DNA from: a virus
Length of the DNA stretch: 64,000 nucleotides
IMG/VR virus record: IMGVR_UViG_3300034069_000341
Location: 1 to 64,000 of that record
Strand: one strand, 5' to 3'
Made by a program: the position numbers and the translations under genes. The notes beneath the pieces were generated by a model. The model searched no databases. It saw only the letters and a program-made list of their open reading frames with translations, and had not been told where the DNA came from. This document shows positions 62,580-64,000 of the stretch, piece after piece (positions within the stretch are counted from its first letter, which is position 1; each line of letters starts with the position of its first letter).

Positions 62580-62744
62580 TGCTTACGAGCGGTTGAGAAC
62601 GGCAGGACGTGTCTTTCCCTCCTTTCCCTCGTCTAGGCCAGTCTCCCGCTCACGAGCAGTCTCCCTCCCTGGGTCGAGTTACCTCCCCGGGGAGGGGGAC
62701 CTCGCCAACTTTGGAAAGAGGAAGAACGACGAAAGGAAGATGAT

Positions 62745-63038
62745 ATGAGGAATGATACGAACGGCCAGACAGTTATCGAACTCAAGGTCTATTGGAAACT
62801 GTTCAAGAAGCTACTCCCGTTTTTGGTCTTCCCCCGTAAATACCACCTAAAGCGGTGGGACTCTGGTTTCTGGTACTTTATGGGCTATGAGATTGCTGGT
62901 AAGGACAGGTACCTTCTAGGGCACCAGGAGGAGCTTGTCAAAATCTTCCGGGAGTGGGATGAGCGTCCGCCCTCGGCGGCGGACATTGAGACCTTTAAGC
63001 GGGGCATGGCTGACCGGGCTTCGGAGGACCAGCGATGA
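62745..63038 (+). CDS. Hypothetical protein
   Basis: 97 aa; purine-rich RBS GAAAGGAAG. Confidence 0.55.
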   Translation: MRNDTNGQTVIELKVYWKLFKKLLPFLVFPRKYHLKRWDSGFWYFMGYEIAGKDRYLLGHQEELVKIFREWDERPPSAADIETFKRGMADRASEDQR

Positions 63039-63544
63039 GGGCAATTTGGGCAGAGAGCATGGACGGCATCTTCTCCCCGATCTTCTGGGACGTGCCAGAG
63101 GACCTGAAGCACTTCAAGGAGAAGACGCTCGGCGGTTCGGTGGTCATGGGCCGAGGTACCTGGGAGTCCATTGGCAGGAAGCCGCTGAAGGGTCGGGACA
63201 ACTACGTTGTTACCTTGTCGGCCCTTTACTACTCAGGGAGGTTCGGCCCGGAGACGGAGTTCATTGAGATTCTGTCCGATGCCCCCTCAGATGCCTGGGT
63301 CATCGGAGGCGCTGCACTGATTGACGAGGCGTTCGATGCGGGACTCATTGACGAGTTCTATGTGACCACCGTAGGCGTTTGGGGTCGGGATAGTGATGTT
63401 CCGAACCGCCCCGAGTCGGAGGCTATGGATGAGTTCAGGATGGCCTCATTCGAGACTCAACGCTCGATTACCGGGGTTGACTACACTATCGCCCACTTCG
63501 TTCGGCCCGAGTCCGCCGACACCGAGGAGGCCTCCGATGCGTGA
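63035..63544 (+). CDS. folA: Dihydrofolate reductase
   Basis: 169 aa; IWAES.DG....W.VPEDLKHFKEKTLGGSVVMGRGTWESIG...VIGGA. Confidence 0.85.
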   Translation: MRAIWAESMDGIFSPIFWDVPEDLKHFKEKTLGGSVVMGRGTWESIGRKPLKGRDNYVVTLSALYYSGRFGPETEFIEILSDAPSDAWVIGGAALIDEAFDAGLIDEFYVTTVGVWGRDSDVPNRPESEAMDEFRMASFETQRSITGVDYTIAHFVRPESADTEEASDA

Positions 63545-63785
63545 CCCCAAGACCTACGCCAAGATCCTCGCCAAGCGTGAGGACGCCCTGGATAGAGCAG
63601 CCTTTGATGCCCGCCGCGCCGGTGACCAGTGGAGGGCCGTCCGGGCGACGGTGCTACAGGGCCAGTTGCAAGTGAAGATCTACGACTGGCGCGACCGCAC
63701 CGGGTGGGTCTACTCGCCCGGGCATGACCTGGAGCCCCACTGGACGCACATCACGATCATCCCTGACACCGAGGAGGGCGCATGA
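63537..63785 (+). CDS. Hypothetical protein
   Basis: Start set to ATG 63537 (MRDPKTYAKIL), 8-nt overlap with DHFR. Confidence 0.5.
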   Translation: MRDPKTYAKILAKREDALDRAAFDARRAGDQWRAVRATVLQGQLQVKIYDWRDRTGWVYSPGHDLEPHWTHITIIPDTEEGA

Positions 63786-64000
63786 GCGACTGGACTGACG
63801 AGAAGCACCGGGCTGCAAGGGAGGAGGCGGAGGGATTCATAGGGCATGGCGGGCATCGCATCCGAAACATCACCCTGTCCGACTCACTGGACGAGATTGA
63901 GCGGATGTGCGCCATCCTGGAGCGGATGCGCGCCTTCCTGGACGAGCAGAAGCGGATGCGCGACGCCCTGGAACACGTTATCAATCCCGAGGCGGATGCC
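63782..64000 (+). CDS. Hypothetical protein, 3' end beyond window
   Basis: ATGA overlap start; frame open to the window end (MSDWTDEKHRAAREEAEGF...). Confidence 0.45.
   Translation, partial: MSDWTDEKHRAAREEAEGFIGHGGHRIRNITLSDSLDEIERMCAILERMRAFLDEQKRMRDALEHVINPEADA

Overview
This window reads as most of a GC-rich (about 60% by eye) tailed dsDNA phage genome. It has a siphovirus-type, actinobacteriophage-like layout with GTG/TTG starts, GGAGG-type ribosome-binding sites (RBSs) and many 4-nt ATGA gene overlaps.

There are three transcription blocks:
(i) 1.1-32.9 kb, + strand. HNH plus terminase, portal, MuF-like protein, scaffold, decoration-like protein, lambda-E-like capsid, connectors and major tail protein. 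These are followed by G/G-T chaperones with a GGGAAAC -1 frameshift site, a 1768-aa tape measure, about 10 minor-tail/fibre/enzymatic tail genes, and a lysis cassette interrupted by an antisense HNH gene.
(ii) 33.0-56.4 kb, - strand. nrdH, nrdF, nrdE, nrdI, family-A DNA polymerase, SSB-like protein, split thyA, MazG, Cas4-like exonuclease, a 3-member tRNA(-like) cluster, SNF2 helicase, VRR-NUC, and an array of small paralogous genes that each have their own promoter.
(iii) 56.8-64.0 kb, + strand. HNH, prim-pol, RepA/DnaB-like NTPase, DNA methyltransferase, DHFR and small unknown genes.

I saw no integrase, repressor, CRISPR array or rRNA.

Most notable observations:
- thyA is split by a T4-td-like group I intron carrying a GIY-YIG endonuclease.
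- Promoter-inside-hairpin cassettes sharing one 15-nt border bracket a hexapeptide-repeat gene lodged between nrdE and nrdF.
- Four consecutive tail genes share one N-terminal module, which suggests a multi-enzyme branched receptor-binding apparatus.
- A multi-promoter paralogue array of unknown function lies at 50.7-56.4 kb.
- A candidate replication origin has a 26-bp perfect hairpin plus short repeats and is flanked by two genes with the same C-terminal domain.
- A 20-copy heptamer array and an ORF-free AT-rich leader sit at the left edge.

All coordinates for motifs were hand-indexed and may be off by 1-2 nt. No homology search or RNA folding could be run.
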